Origin: an uncultured delta proteobacterium
GTDB taxonomy: Bacteria > Myxococcota_A > UBA9160 > UBA4427
Direction: 5' to 3'
NCBI GenBank assembly: GCA_963822965.1
Contig: CAWGJT010000001.1
Span: forward strand, 224,001 to 288,000
DNA length: 64,000 nt
The position numbers and the translations under genes are program-made. Under the pieces are notes generated by a model, which saw nothing but the letters and a program-made list of their open reading frames with translations, ran no database searches and had not been told where the DNA came from. Below, in pieces: positions 50,415 to 60,861 of this stretch; within the stretch, counting starts at the first letter, position 1; the number at the start of each line of letters is the position of its first letter.

Positions 50415-50680
50415 GATCGAGTCTCCTGCAGAGCGAGTACGCACCGGTTCCCGCCGGGGCTGGCAGTCTAGCCGCGGCCCGAGGCGGCCCGCATGCGGCG
50501 CTCAGCCAGCGAAGCGAGACGCCGGCCTGCCAGGCTCCGGGGTCCCCTCCCCTGCCCGGGCCTCACTCGACACATCAGTCTCGGACGTGCCCGTCGCCGT
50601 GGCGACGCCTGCTCGCGCGCCCGGAAAACCCTCCCCGAGGGTGGACTCAAGGTGTCGGAACGCCCGCCGAAACCCAACCC

Positions 50681-51286
50681 ATGGGCGCCGAGCGACGCAA
50701 GGATCCCCGGGTTTCGTGCTTTCTCGCCTCCGAGGTGCGCCGCGGGAGCCAGGTCGTCGCGGGCACCGTGCGCAACCTGTCGGCCGGGGGAATGTCGCTC
50801 CACGTCGAGCTGGCCGTCGAGCAGGGCGAGGTCCTGCACCTGTCCTTGCAGCCCGACCGCCGCAAGCGCATCGAGGTCGAGGCGATCGTCTGGCACGTCC
50901 AGGCGATGCGCGAGCGCAAGACCGGCCGCATGCTCCACCGGCTCGGGCTGGTGCTCTCGGAGGCGAGCGACGACTACGCCGACCTGCTCGAGTCGAGCGG
51001 GAGCCCGAAGTCCCCGAGCGGGCGAACGCGCCGGGCGCACGCCGGATCGCCGCCCGCCGACTCTCCGCCCCCGGAGCCGCAGAGCAGACCTCGTGGTTCC
51101 GCCGAACCGAAGCGCGGGGCCACGCCGCCGCCGAAGCCCGCGAAGCACCGGGTCCGGGTGAAGCAGGACCTGAGCCCGCGCACGCGCACCATCCTCGTCT
51201 TCGCCGTGGACCGAGAGGCGGCGCGCGCCGCCGCCCAGACGGAGATCGATCCCGGCTGGCACATCCTCGAGGTCGAGCGCGCCTGA
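50681..51286 (+). CDS. PilZ domain protein
   Basis: RRKDPR and NLSAGG motifs, Pro-rich linker, small C-terminal domain. Confidence 0.8.
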   Translation: MGAERRKDPRVSCFLASEVRRGSQVVAGTVRNLSAGGMSLHVELAVEQGEVLHLSLQPDRRKRIEVEAIVWHVQAMRERKTGRMLHRLGLVLSEASDDYADLLESSGSPKSPSGRTRRAHAGSPPADSPPPEPQSRPRGSAEPKRGATPPPKPAKHRVRVKQDLSPRTRTILVFAVDREAARAAAQTEIDPGWHILEVERA

Positions 51287-51323
51287 AGCCCGGACGCCGT
51301 CGGCGAGCTTCTGGCTCGGGACA

Positions 51324-52706
51324 CTAGACCGTCGCCAGCAGCTCCCGCACGCCGTTCTCGATGCCCTGCGCGAGCACGCCGATGTCGGGCGCCCCGTCGT
51401 AGTCGCCGGTGATGCCGAACGTGAGGTTGCCCGCATACGAGAAGATCGCGATTCCGATGCGCACGGAGCCGGCGAGCGGCACGTAGGGGTAGCAGGTGCG
51501 CATCGCCCGCCCCGCGGCGTAGAGGGTGCGCTGCGGGCCGGGCACGTTGGTCGTCACGGTCTGCACCGCGTGCTGCTCGACGTCCGCAAAGAGCCGGGCC
51601 CCGAGCGCCAGCAGCAACGGCGGCGCGAAGCCCGTGAGTGAGGTGAGCGTCTCGGCCGCGACCGCCTGGTGGTGTTCCTTCAGGTCCTGCATCTGCAGGT
51701 GCAGCGAGGCGAGCCGCTCGACGGGATCGTCGAGACCCACCGGCAGCTCGGCGAACATCGCGGACACGCGGTTGTTGTAGGTGCCGCGCTCTTCCTCGCG
51801 CCGGACGGAGACCGGGACCAACGTGCGGACGAAGCCGTCCGCCACCGACTCCCCGCGGCCGAGCAAGAGGTCCCGGAATCCGCGGGTGATGATCGCGAGC
51901 ACGACGTCGTTCACGGTTCCGCCGTGCTGACTGCGGATCTTCTTGATCTCGGCGAGCTGCGTCTCGGCCCAGCACCAGCGCCGGTGGGGCGAGATCGGAC
52001 CGTTGAGCGACGACTCCGCCCCTTCCGCAGCGAAGCCCCGGAAGGTTCCCAGGCCCTCGCCGAGGTCGCTGAGCTGGCGCATCAGGTTCTTCGGTGCGGC
52101 CAGCGAGTGGCGCAGCGCCCGGAAGCCCGCGGCGGGGCTCTGCAGGCCCTCCCAGACCGCGTTCTGCAGCAGCCCGAGCGACGAGGGGGACTCCGCGGGC
52201 TTCCAGGGCGTGACGGGCGGATGCGTCACGTCCGGCGCGTCGTCCAGGAGGGCGCTCAGGAGGTCGGTTGCCGAGACGCCGTCCACCATGCAGTGGTGCG
52301 TCTTCGACAACAGTGCCCAGCGATCCTGCTGCAGCCCCTCCACCACCCACATCTCCCACAGCGGCTTCGCGCGGTCGAGCTGCTGCGACATCACGCGGCC
52401 CACCAGAGTCTGCAGCTGCTCGTCGTTTCCCGGCGAGGGCAACGCCGTGTGACGCACGTGGTAGCGGAGGTTGAAGTGCGGGTCGTCGCACCACACGGGC
52501 CGTCCCAGCTCGAGGGGAACGAAGCGAATGACCTGCCGATAGCGCGGTACGCCTTCGAGCTTCGAGGAGACCATCCGCTCGATCTCGTCCTGCTGCGGCG
52601 GGGGGCCTTCGAAGAGGCTCACGGACGCGATGTGCATGTGGTTGCACTCGTTCTCGATGTAGAGGAACGAGGCGTCCTGCATCCCCAGTCGGTCGAAGCG
52701 ATCCAT
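51324..52706 (-). CDS. Wax ester synthase/diacylglycerol acyltransferase
   Basis: HHCMVDG, GTVNDVVL, TNVPGP; intact ORF. Confidence 0.93.
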   Translation of the reverse strand: MDRFDRLGMQDASFLYIENECNHMHIASVSLFEGPPPQQDEIERMVSSKLEGVPRYRQVIRFVPLELGRPVWCDDPHFNLRYHVRHTALPSPGNDEQLQTLVGRVMSQQLDRAKPLWEMWVVEGLQQDRWALLSKTHHCMVDGVSATDLLSALLDDAPDVTHPPVTPWKPAESPSSLGLLQNAVWEGLQSPAAGFRALRHSLAAPKNLMRQLSDLGEGLGTFRGFAAEGAESSLNGPISPHRRWCWAETQLAEIKKIRSQHGGTVNDVVLAIITRGFRDLLLGRGESVADGFVRTLVPVSVRREEERGTYNNRVSAMFAELPVGLDDPVERLASLHLQMQDLKEHHQAVAAETLTSLTGFAPPLLLALGARLFADVEQHAVQTVTTNVPGPQRTLYAAGRAMRTCYPYVPLAGSVRIGIAIFSYAGNLTFGITGDYDGAPDIGVLAQGIENGVRELLATV

Positions 52707-52790
52707 GGCAGTCAGCGCTCCTTGCCCCGAACGGTAGCAGGGCAGCGCTCCGCCGTGTGCAAGCCGAGCGACGCGGACGCGTCTCGGCGG

Positions 52791-54350
52791 CTAGAGCATG
52801 CGGGCTTCACCGTCCCGCGCCAGCGGCTCCCAGAACTCGCGCCCCTTCTGGTGGGGATCCTCCCGCAGGGAGCAGTGCTCCTGCAGGGTCATCGTGTAGC
52901 GACAGAAGCGGGAGTAGGCGGGCCAGTCCGGCAGGTCGGCGTGGCCGGGATCGCCGGTTCGCGCGAATGCCACCCAGGCGTCCTGGATGCGGTCGCACAG
53001 GCGTTGGGCCGACGGGTTCGCAACGAGTCCCGCCCGCATGAGCGCCGTCCGCACGCCGCCGAAGACGAAGGCGATCTCGAGGCCGTGACACGAGCCGAGT
53101 GCCCGACCGACGAAGGGCGGCGACCACTCGAAGAGGTAGGAGTAGGTGTGGGACTGGTGGTCGGAGTGCACGTCGGCCAGCCGCGTCGCCGGGTAGTGGA
53201 AGATGCGATCCCCCTGGAAGGCCGCCCAGCGCTCCGACGCCTCGCGCCCCCGCGGCCCCACCGCATGCGCATAGGTCTCGAGGGCGCGGTCCGCCAGGGA
53301 GTTGCCGTCTTCGTCGACGCCCGGCAGCAGCCGGTGGAGCCGTTCCCGGAGCCGCCGATCGTCGAGACGGATGCGATCGGCGGCCATGAAGAGCTTCCAC
53401 TCGTCGCGATTCGAGCCGATCAGCATGGGCACGTCGGCGCCGACGCCGCGACCGACCGCGCGCAGGGGCTGCTCGGGGACCAGGTCGTCGTCGACGCACG
53501 GCTGCCACGCCATGATGCCGTCCTCGAGCCCCACCCGCGCGGTGGTCCGAGCCTGGGCGCGCATGAGATGCGTGACCGGCAGCTCGAGCAGCTCCTTCTC
53601 CGGGGGACTCGTGATCTCCAGGGCGTCCAGGAACTGCTCGCCGATGCGGGCCGCCACGTGCGCGCTGGAGACGTTGTGGGCGGCGCCGCTCTGCAGGATG
53701 ACGCGGTGGAAGAGGCCGCGGGCGGCAGGAACTCCGAGCAGCGTCCCCGCGCTCATGGCTCCCGCGGACTCGCCGAAGACGGTGACGTTCTCGGGATCGC
53801 CCCCGAAGCCCGCGATGTTCTCTCGCACCCATTCGAGCGCGGCGATCTGGTCGCGCAGGCCCAGGTTGGCCGGCCGCCTCGCCCCGGCGTCGCAGATCCC
53901 GTCCCAGCTCAGGAACCCGAGGGCGCCGAGCCGGTAGTTGATCGTGACCACGACCACGTCGCCGCGGGCCGCCAGCCGCCAGCCGGCATACAGGGGCGTC
54001 GACCCCGAGCCCAGGATGAAGGCGCCGCCGTGGATCCAGACCATCACCGGGCGGCGGCCCCGGTCGGGCGCGGGCGTCCAGACGTTGAGGTACAGGCAGT
54101 CCTGGCTCTGTTTGCTCCCGGCTGCGCCGATGATGGCGCGAATCAGGCGATTGACGGGTCCGATCTGCGGCGCCGCGGGTCCGTAGGCGTTGGCCCGGCG
54201 AACCCCGCGCCACTTCTTGGGCGGCTGCGGCGCCTCGAAGCGAAGCGGTCCCACCGGCGGCTGGGCGAAGGGAATTCCCTTGAAGACGGCGACCCCTCGC
54301 TGCTCCTGCCCTTCGACGCGTCCCTGTCGTGTGGAAACGACCGTGTCCAC
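52791..54350 (-). CDS. Type B carboxylesterase
   Basis: FKGIPFA, DCLYLNVW, WIHGGAF, FGESAG, HGLEI. Confidence 0.95.
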   Translation of the reverse strand: MDTVVSTRQGRVEGQEQRGVAVFKGIPFAQPPVGPLRFEAPQPPKKWRGVRRANAYGPAAPQIGPVNRLIRAIIGAAGSKQSQDCLYLNVWTPAPDRGRRPVMVWIHGGAFILGSGSTPLYAGWRLAARGDVVVVTINYRLGALGFLSWDGICDAGARRPANLGLRDQIAALEWVRENIAGFGGDPENVTVFGESAGAMSAGTLLGVPAARGLFHRVILQSGAAHNVSSAHVAARIGEQFLDALEITSPPEKELLELPVTHLMRAQARTTARVGLEDGIMAWQPCVDDDLVPEQPLRAVGRGVGADVPMLIGSNRDEWKLFMAADRIRLDDRRLRERLHRLLPGVDEDGNSLADRALETYAHAVGPRGREASERWAAFQGDRIFHYPATRLADVHSDHQSHTYSYLFEWSPPFVGRALGSCHGLEIAFVFGGVRTALMRAGLVANPSAQRLCDRIQDAWVAFARTGDPGHADLPDWPAYSRFCRYTMTLQEHCSLREDPHQKGREFWEPLARDGEARML

Positions 54351-54601
54351 TCGCGCGCGCTCTCTCCCGGCCTCGTTGCCGTGTCGTCCTGCGGATCGTT
54401 GGGTGCGCGTTGCGTCGGCAACGACACGGATCGCTTCGCGCGGTTAAAGTCACCCAAGAAGAGGCGAAGTTCAACGCCTCGTACGTCGCGAAGGCCCTCC
54501 AGCAACGAGATCCGAGGAAGGCATGCGAAACGGGTCCGATCGCCCCACTCCGCCTCCCGCAGAGCGTCTCGTGAGGCGTCGTGTCCATCGCCCGGGCGCC
54601 T

Positions 54602-55471
54602 TCAGAGCTGGATTCCGAAGGCCTCGCGGAAGCGGCGGTTGTACTCCTCGTCGGTCAGGTCGTCTCCCAGCGCGACGCAGTCCTCGTCGCTCATCGTCGG
54701 GCGGCCCGCCGCGATTCCCAGAGCGTCCTTGCCGACGGGCCAGCGCAGCCGATAGGCGTCCGTGGTGATCGCCTCGAGGATCGTCCGCGCGACGTCCTCG
54801 GGCTGGGCGGGATCCCGAAAGCCCGCGGCGAAGAGCTTCCCATTGCGCCGCATCAGCGGCTGGTAGGGGGAGCCCTTGTCGTAGCGCGTGGCCTCCGCGG
54901 AGTTCTCGAAGATCTTCGTCATCACGACGCCGGGCTCGATGTTGACGACGCGCACGCCGAAGCGGCGCACCTCCGCCGCCAACGCCTCTCCCAGACACTC
55001 GAGGGCCCACTTCGACGCCGAATAGGCGATCTGGTTCGGCGTGGCCAGGATGCCCGCGACGGAGGTGATGTTGACGATCGCCCCGCGGCCGCGCTCGCGC
55101 ATGGCGGGCAGCACCGCCTGGATGCAGCGCACCGCGCCGAAGTAGTTCGTCTCGAACATCGCGCGGTGCTCGCTCTCGGGGGTGAGCTCGAGGGGGGTCG
55201 CGCCGCCGATGCCGGCGTTGTTGACCAGCACCTCCACGGGCCCGCGCGCGGCAGCGGCGGCAAAGGCATTGCGCGTCGACGGCTCGGACGTGACGTCGAG
55301 CTCGACCAGCTCCAGGGGCAGCTCCTCGGCGGCGGCCGCCTGCCGCAGCGGTCCGGCCTTGGCGAGGCTGCGCATTCCCGCGAACACCCGGTAGCCGTGG
55401 CGCGCCAGCTCGAGGGCCGTCGCATAGCCGATGCCGCTGCTGGTCCCCGTCACCACCGCGATTCCGCTCAA
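54602..55471 (-). CDS. SDR family oxidoreductase
   Basis: TGTSSGIG, NNAG, YSASK; TTG start after GAGGAG. Confidence 0.92.
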   Translation of the reverse strand: MSGIAVVTGTSSGIGYATALELARHGYRVFAGMRSLAKAGPLRQAAAAEELPLELVELDVTSEPSTRNAFAAAAARGPVEVLVNNAGIGGATPLELTPESEHRAMFETNYFGAVRCIQAVLPAMRERGRGAIVNITSVAGILATPNQIAYSASKWALECLGEALAAEVRRFGVRVVNIEPGVVMTKIFENSAEATRYDKGSPYQPLMRRNGKLFAAGFRDPAQPEDVARTILEAITTDAYRLRWPVGKDALGIAAGRPTMSDEDCVALGDDLTDEEYNRRFREAFGIQL

Positions 55472-55523
55472 ATCCCCTCCTCGGGCACGCGGGCGCATCG
55501 GGCGGGTGCGTACCGCCGGTCCG

Positions 55524-56513
55524 TCACCTTCCCATCCGACGGGCCAGGTCGACGACCCGATTCGTGTAGCCCCACTCGTTGTCGTACCAGGCGAAGACCT
55601 TCACCGTGCGGGCGGCGACACGGGTGAGGGGTGCGTCGAAGATGCATGAGTGCGGATTGCCGATGATGTCGCAGGAGACGAGGGCCTCGGTGGAGTACTC
55701 GACGATTCCCTTCATCGAGCCCACCGCGGCTTCCCGCATGGCGTCGTTCACGGCGTCCACGGAGACGTCCCGGGACACGGTGGTCACCAGGTCGACGATC
55801 GAGCCGTCGGGCACCGGCACGCGCATCGCCATCCCGTCGAGCTTGCCGCGCAGCCTCGGGAGCACCTGGCCGACGGCGCGGGCCGCACCCGTCGTGGTGG
55901 GAATGATGTTCTCGCCCGCGGCTCGCGACCGGCGCAGGTCCTTGTGGAACCAATCCGCCAGACGCTGGTCGTTCGTGTAGGCGTGTACGGTGGTCATCAG
56001 CCCGCGCACGAGGCCGAAGCGCTCGTCGATGACCTTGACGAGGGGCGCGAGACAGTTGGTGGTGCACGATGCGTTCGAGACGATCCGGTGCTCGGGCTGC
56101 AGGTCGACGTCGTTCACGCCCAGCACGATGGTGGCGTCGATCTCGTCCTTGGCCGGGACCGTCAGCAACACCTTGCGGGCGCCCGCCGAAAGGTGCCCCT
56201 CGAGCTCCGCACGCTCACGGAACCGCCCGGTGGCCTCGATCACGACGTCGACTCCGAGATCCTTCCAGGGCAGGTCCTCGGGACGCTTGCACTTGGTCAG
56301 GAGGCTCCGCTGTCCGCAGGCGATCAGACGATCGCCCTCGAGGCGCACGTCGTGCTCGAAGCGTCCCATCACGGTGTCGTACTTCAGGAGGTACGCGAGG
56401 GGCTCATTGGCGGCGATGTCGTTGATCGCCACGACCTCGATCTCCGGGTCGTCGGCGACCAGGCGGTACACCGAGCGGCCGATGCGACCGAATCCGTTGA
56501 TGGCGATCTTCAT
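55524..56513 (-). CDS. gap: Type I glyceraldehyde-3-phosphate dehydrogenase
   Basis: INGFGRIGR, SNASCTTNC, TVHAYT, TTTGAA, WYDNEWGY. Confidence 0.96.
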   Translation of the reverse strand: MKIAINGFGRIGRSVYRLVADDPEIEVVAINDIAANEPLAYLLKYDTVMGRFEHDVRLEGDRLIACGQRSLLTKCKRPEDLPWKDLGVDVVIEATGRFRERAELEGHLSAGARKVLLTVPAKDEIDATIVLGVNDVDLQPEHRIVSNASCTTNCLAPLVKVIDERFGLVRGLMTTVHAYTNDQRLADWFHKDLRRSRAAGENIIPTTTGAARAVGQVLPRLRGKLDGMAMRVPVPDGSIVDLVTTVSRDVSVDAVNDAMREAAVGSMKGIVEYSTEALVSCDIIGNPHSCIFDAPLTRVAARTVKVFAWYDNEWGYTNRVVDLARRMGR

Positions 56514-56540
56514 GGCAGAACCTCTGGAGCCGATGGGTTG

Positions 56541-57545
56541 CTACTTCGGCGCGAGCTGGCGGATCACCTCGGCGATGCGGTGCGCGAGTCCGCCGCCCTG
56601 CGCGTACCAACCGAGGGTCTTCACCATGGTCCCGTCGACGACCATCGTGGCCTGGGAGTCGAACGTGCAGGACGCGGGGGATTCCGTCACGTCCGAGGAC
56701 ACGATGGGCTCCTCGGTGTAGTCGACGATCCCCTTCAGGGTGCTTCCGGAGACACTCCGGAACACCTCGTTGATCTCCCGCGTGCCGGCCGGCAGGGCGA
56801 GCGTCGCGACCAGATCGGCGCACGAGACGTCGGGAACGGGCACGTTCAGCTTGCAGCCACCGAAACGTCCGGCGAGCTTCGGGAAGATGCGAGGAATCAC
56901 CTCCTCGGTCCAGCTGTCCACCGGAACGATGTTCTCGACCGCGGCCCGCGAGAGCCGCAGGTTCACGTTGCTCGGCACGTCGATCAGGCTCTGCTCGGTG
57001 GTGTAGGCATGCACGGACGTGAAGAAGGCCTCTTCCACCCCGAACGCGTCGTCCAGGGCCTTGAGCATGACGGCCACGCAGTTGGCCGTGCTCGAGCCGC
57101 AGGAGATGATGCGATGCTCGCGCGCGATGGGGCCCGGGCTCACGCCCCGGATGTGCACCGAGTCGATCTCGTCGCGTGGCGGTGTCGTCAGGATCACCCG
57201 GTCGGCCCCGGCTTCGAGATGGCGCTCCAGCTCGGCCCGGGTGCGGTAGCGCCCGGTAGCCTCGATCACCACGTCGGCGCCGTAGTCGTACCAGGGCACC
57301 TTGCCCGGCTCGGCCTGGTGGAGAACGGGAATCCGCTTGCCGCCCACGTAGAGGTGGTCGTCCATCACGCGGACGGGCTCGCCGAAGTGGCCGTGCAGGG
57401 AGTCGAACTGGAGCAGATACTCGAGCGCGTCCGGGGGGGCGATGTCGTTGACGGCGACGATCTCGATGCTTGGGTCGCGATAGACCGCTCGGAAGAGATT
57501 CCTTCCCATGCGGCCAAATCCCATGATCGCGATGCGGATCGCCAT
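56541..57545 (-). CDS. GAPDH paralogue with degenerate active site
   Basis: IMGFGRMGR, IEATG, SVHAYT retained; ISCGSSTANC and WYAQGGG replace the catalytic motifs. Confidence 0.88.
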   Translation of the reverse strand: MAIRIAIMGFGRMGRNLFRAVYRDPSIEIVAVNDIAPPDALEYLLQFDSLHGHFGEPVRVMDDHLYVGGKRIPVLHQAEPGKVPWYDYGADVVIEATGRYRTRAELERHLEAGADRVILTTPPRDEIDSVHIRGVSPGPIAREHRIISCGSSTANCVAVMLKALDDAFGVEEAFFTSVHAYTTEQSLIDVPSNVNLRLSRAAVENIVPVDSWTEEVIPRIFPKLAGRFGGCKLNVPVPDVSCADLVATLALPAGTREINEVFRSVSGSTLKGIVDYTEEPIVSSDVTESPASCTFDSQATMVVDGTMVKTLGWYAQGGGLAHRIAEVIRQLAPK

Positions 57546-57741
57546 CCTCCTCCCCCCGGTGCCCGTGCAGACGGGCTGGAGTCTAGCCGATTCACCGCGC
57601 GGATCAGGTCGCAGGGTCCGCGGGCGCACCGCTCCACGCGAGCGGCGGGAGACCGCCGCCGCGGCGAATCGCGGAGCACGCGCGCATCGGCACGCCTGGG
57701 CAGCTTCCCCCGCAGGCGTTCGGCGGCGGGGCGCGCGGGAA

Positions 57742-59277
57742 TCAGCTCCCGATGCACTCCGGCGGCGGCGGACCGAAGACCTCGCTGATTTCGCCAATCA
57801 CGTCCGCCGTCGGCCAACTCGACCGCTCGGTCGCCGCTCGGATGCGTTCCTGCATCGGCCAGGGCCAGAGCGGAACCGGCGTCTCGCGTCCATCGACGTA
57901 GCGATGACAGATCGAGGCTCCACCCCCGGTCCCCCGGTAGATGTCCACCTGCTTGCGCTGACTCCAGGGCACCAGGCGGACGTCGTCCAGGCTCCAGTCC
58001 TTTCCGATGCGAGCCACCGGCTCGTGGCCGGCCAGCAGCGTGACGTGCCGCAGCAGCACCGGCGAGCGGGCACGGTCGTCCTGGAGCTGCCACGAACAGC
58101 CGTCCGGGTGCTTCTGGGGATCGTCGTCGCAGTTCGCCAGGTTGGCCGCGAACATCTTCGCACCGGAGATGGCCGCGACGCTGTCCTCGATCAGCGCGCC
58201 CTTCTGGCCCTTCGACGGGTAGGTGCCGCCTCCAACGCGGAAGCCGGCGATCCTCGTGAGAGGGCTGCTCGAAGGCGCGTACGCCAGGCTGCCGTAGATC
58301 CTCAGGTTGATCGCGTGGCGGTCCCGATCCCCGGGCTCGAGCCAGCGCGCGTCCGGGCCCGCGCTCCCGTCGGTGGCGATCAGGCCGACGCCCGGCTGGT
58401 AGTCGGCGGGCTGGGCGGCGGCGACGCGAGAGCCGCCGACCGTGGCGATCAGGTTCTCGCAGATCGCGTCGTAGCTCTGGTTGGAGCAGGAGAAGGCGAA
58501 CTTGTTCCGGGCCTCGTAGGGGTAGCGGCCGTCCCAGCGCGCCCAGATCCGGCGCATCACGACCCGCTTCGAGCGATAGTTCTCGAAGATCTTCCGACCC
58601 CAGCCGAAGCCCGCACAGTCCTCGAGCAGCACGTCGGATACGTCCGCGATGCTGAAGACGTGCTGGTTCTCGCCGCCGATGGCGTCGTAGTCCCGGGTCG
58701 ACCCGTACGGGAGGAAGTCCCGCCAGGCCACCACACGGCGCAGGACGACGTGGTGTGCCGGGACCTGGTCGTGTTTGCCTTCCTGCTTGCGACCCCCCAC
58801 CCGCACGGGCGCACCACGGCTGTTGTAGGCGTTCAGTCCCTCGACGGTCCAGTAGCTCAGATTCAGGAGACGGAGGGTCGCCCTCTCGAACTCCCCGTCG
58901 ATCCAGACCGCGCCGTCGTTGACGGCACGGATCTCCACGGGCGCCTCCGAGGTCCCGGAGAACATGGCTTCGGAGGGCGGCTTGAGCATCGAGCGATCGC
59001 CGCGGTAGACGCCGTCCTTGAGGCAGAGGACGGTGCCTGGCTTCACGAGCTTGCGCTTCCAGAAGTCGCTCACGGGAATCGGAGCGTCGGGGGTGCCGAC
59101 GGCATAGCGCGCGGCGAAGGGCTCACCCTCGGGGACCCGCCCCCCGTCCGACGCCATCGGCGCGGCGTAGTACGTGCAGGGCATCTGGGCCTCGGCTCCG
59201 GTCGCAACGACCGTGAGCGCAGCGAGAACCGGAATCGCCAGACGCCCCCAGCGGCGTCGATCCGGACGTCGTCGCAT
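57742..59277 (-). CDS. Secreted hypothetical protein, possible pectin-lyase-like beta-helix
   Basis: Signal peptide ending AEA; PGTVLCLKDGVY, SGTSEAPVEIRA, YWTVEGL. Confidence 0.65.
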   Translation of the reverse strand: MRRRPDRRRWGRLAIPVLAALTVVATGAEAQMPCTYYAAPMASDGGRVPEGEPFAARYAVGTPDAPIPVSDFWKRKLVKPGTVLCLKDGVYRGDRSMLKPPSEAMFSGTSEAPVEIRAVNDGAVWIDGEFERATLRLLNLSYWTVEGLNAYNSRGAPVRVGGRKQEGKHDQVPAHHVVLRRVVAWRDFLPYGSTRDYDAIGGENQHVFSIADVSDVLLEDCAGFGWGRKIFENYRSKRVVMRRIWARWDGRYPYEARNKFAFSCSNQSYDAICENLIATVGGSRVAAAQPADYQPGVGLIATDGSAGPDARWLEPGDRDRHAINLRIYGSLAYAPSSSPLTRIAGFRVGGGTYPSKGQKGALIEDSVAAISGAKMFAANLANCDDDPQKHPDGCSWQLQDDRARSPVLLRHVTLLAGHEPVARIGKDWSLDDVRLVPWSQRKQVDIYRGTGGGASICHRYVDGRETPVPLWPWPMQERIRAATERSSWPTADVIGEISEVFGPPPPECIGS

Positions 59278-59470
59278 TTCGCTTCCCCCGTCGACTCCGT
59301 TCCCTCATCGGACGCCGGCCACGGGAGGCTGAGGCCCAGCCCTCCCCCGGTGTTCCGGGCAGAGGCTTCCGGTGGGAACGGAATCGCGTGGCTGCGGCCG
59401 CCTGGCGGGGCCTTCCGCCGGCCGGGCAGGGCTCTCCGGCGGGACGGGGCGGTCCGGACGGGCCGACGGG

Positions 59471-60157
59471 TCAGCGCGCGTGCGAGGAACGCTCTCGCAC
59501 CTCGGCGGCCATCTGCTGGCGTTCCTGCTCGACCCGCGCCCGGAGATGGACGATTCCGTCGATCACGGTGTCGTTCATCAAGCTGTTCAGAAGCCAGGCG
59601 GGAATCGAGCCCCCGATCTCCGTGTGGCTCTCGTAGGCGGCGTGGGTGCGCCCGTCCGGCAGCGGGGTGAACACCCAGGAGCCGCTCGACCTCTCGAGCC
59701 GCACGACTCCCTCTCGGGGCGCGGGACCCTCGTCCGTGGCGTTCCACTCCACGCGGTAGACGCCGCTGGCAGGATCGAAGGAGCGGACCGCGCGGGTCGT
59801 CACGTCCCGATCGGAGACCAGCGGCATGTCGATGTAGGAGTAGACGACCGTGACGTCCCCGTCGTCCCGCAGGATCGTCTTGGTCATGTTGCGAGGACCG
59901 GCCGCGGGATCCGCGGCGTTCTTGCGGGCGGCGTCCGCGACCAGGGACGCCGGGGCGTCGACGGTCGCCTCGAGGCGGAAGGCGGTGGAGTCGGAGCCCG
60001 GGAGCTCGCGGCGGTACAGCACATACCCGTTGTCCGGGTCGTCGTTGCGCTCCCGCACGATCCAGGGCGAGCGAGCGCTGACGTCGGGAAGGCTTCCGGC
60101 CCGCGCCGGGCCGGCCGCACCCGCTGCCATGGCCAGGCCGAGCAGCCCGGCGATCAT
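59471..60157 (-). CDS. START-domain lipid-binding protein (start uncertain)
   Basis: YSYIDMPLVSDRD, GSWVFTP, EIGGSIPAWLLN. Confidence 0.82.
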   Translation of the reverse strand: MIAGLLGLAMAAGAAGPARAGSLPDVSARSPWIVRERNDDPDNGYVLYRRELPGSDSTAFRLEATVDAPASLVADAARKNAADPAAGPRNMTKTILRDDGDVTVVYSYIDMPLVSDRDVTTRAVRSFDPASGVYRVEWNATDEGPAPREGVVRLERSSGSWVFTPLPDGRTHAAYESHTEIGGSIPAWLLNSLMNDTVIDGIVHLRARVEQERQQMAAEVRERSSHAR

Positions 60158-60459
60158 CGCCGTCGACGATGTCGACGCTGCGTACCGCCGCCCTGCCCTT
60201 CGTCCCCACCGCCGACGCCCGTCCGCGCCCTGCATCTCCAGCTCCGCACCCGCCTTCGCCCGTCCGGCCACGACCCCTCGGCCCGCGCGCCGTGCAGGCG
60301 GCTCGCCGCCCACGCAGGAACGAGTAGCGCAGCGACCCAGCGTCGAAAACCAGCGACCCGCTGCGAGCGCACCCGTTCGCAAGGCGCGATGCGAAAACGA
60401 AGTCGGCGTTCGTTCGGGCGCTGAACCGGTTTCGTGGCCACCGAACGGAGGGCCGGGAA

Positions 60460-60861
60460 TCAGGACGAGAAGAGCTTCTGCTGGGCGTAGAGCGTGTCGA
60501 GGTGCTCCCGGACCTCGCGGATGCGACCGCCCCGCACCCGGAACGCGAAGTGATAGTGATTGTGGTACGGCTCGCCTCGCGCGGTCCGGGCCTCCAGCGT
60601 CAGCTGCACCGACACCCAGTCGTCCTCGGCGATCATCCGGGAGATCTCCACGCTCATCGGGTGACTCGTGTCGTAGAGCCCGACCCCGCTCGCCATCAAC
60701 GCGAGCACCGCCTCCTTGCCGGCGTGCAGCCCACCCAGCGCGGAGCTGGGCGGGGCCCACCAGCTCACGTCGTCCGCCAGCAGCTCGGACAGCCCCGGAT
60801 CCCCGCTGCGCATGGCGTCGAAGTAGTCCCGTACCAATCGCTTGTTGTCGGCGGCACTCAT
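60460..60861 (-). CDS. SnoaL/NTF2-like protein
   Basis: NKRLVRDYF, LLADDVSW, YHNHYHF..VREHLDT. Confidence 0.87.
   Translation of the reverse strand: MSAADNKRLVRDYFDAMRSGDPGLSELLADDVSWWAPPSSALGGLHAGKEAVLALMASGVGLYDTSHPMSVEISRMIAEDDWVSVQLTLEARTARGEPYHNHYHFAFRVRGGRIREVREHLDTLYAQQKLFSS

Noticed and set aside
54440..54580. Third MITE-like core (GAGGCG...CAACG)
   Set aside because: No terminal inverted repeats or nested stems found; short matches are likely chance.
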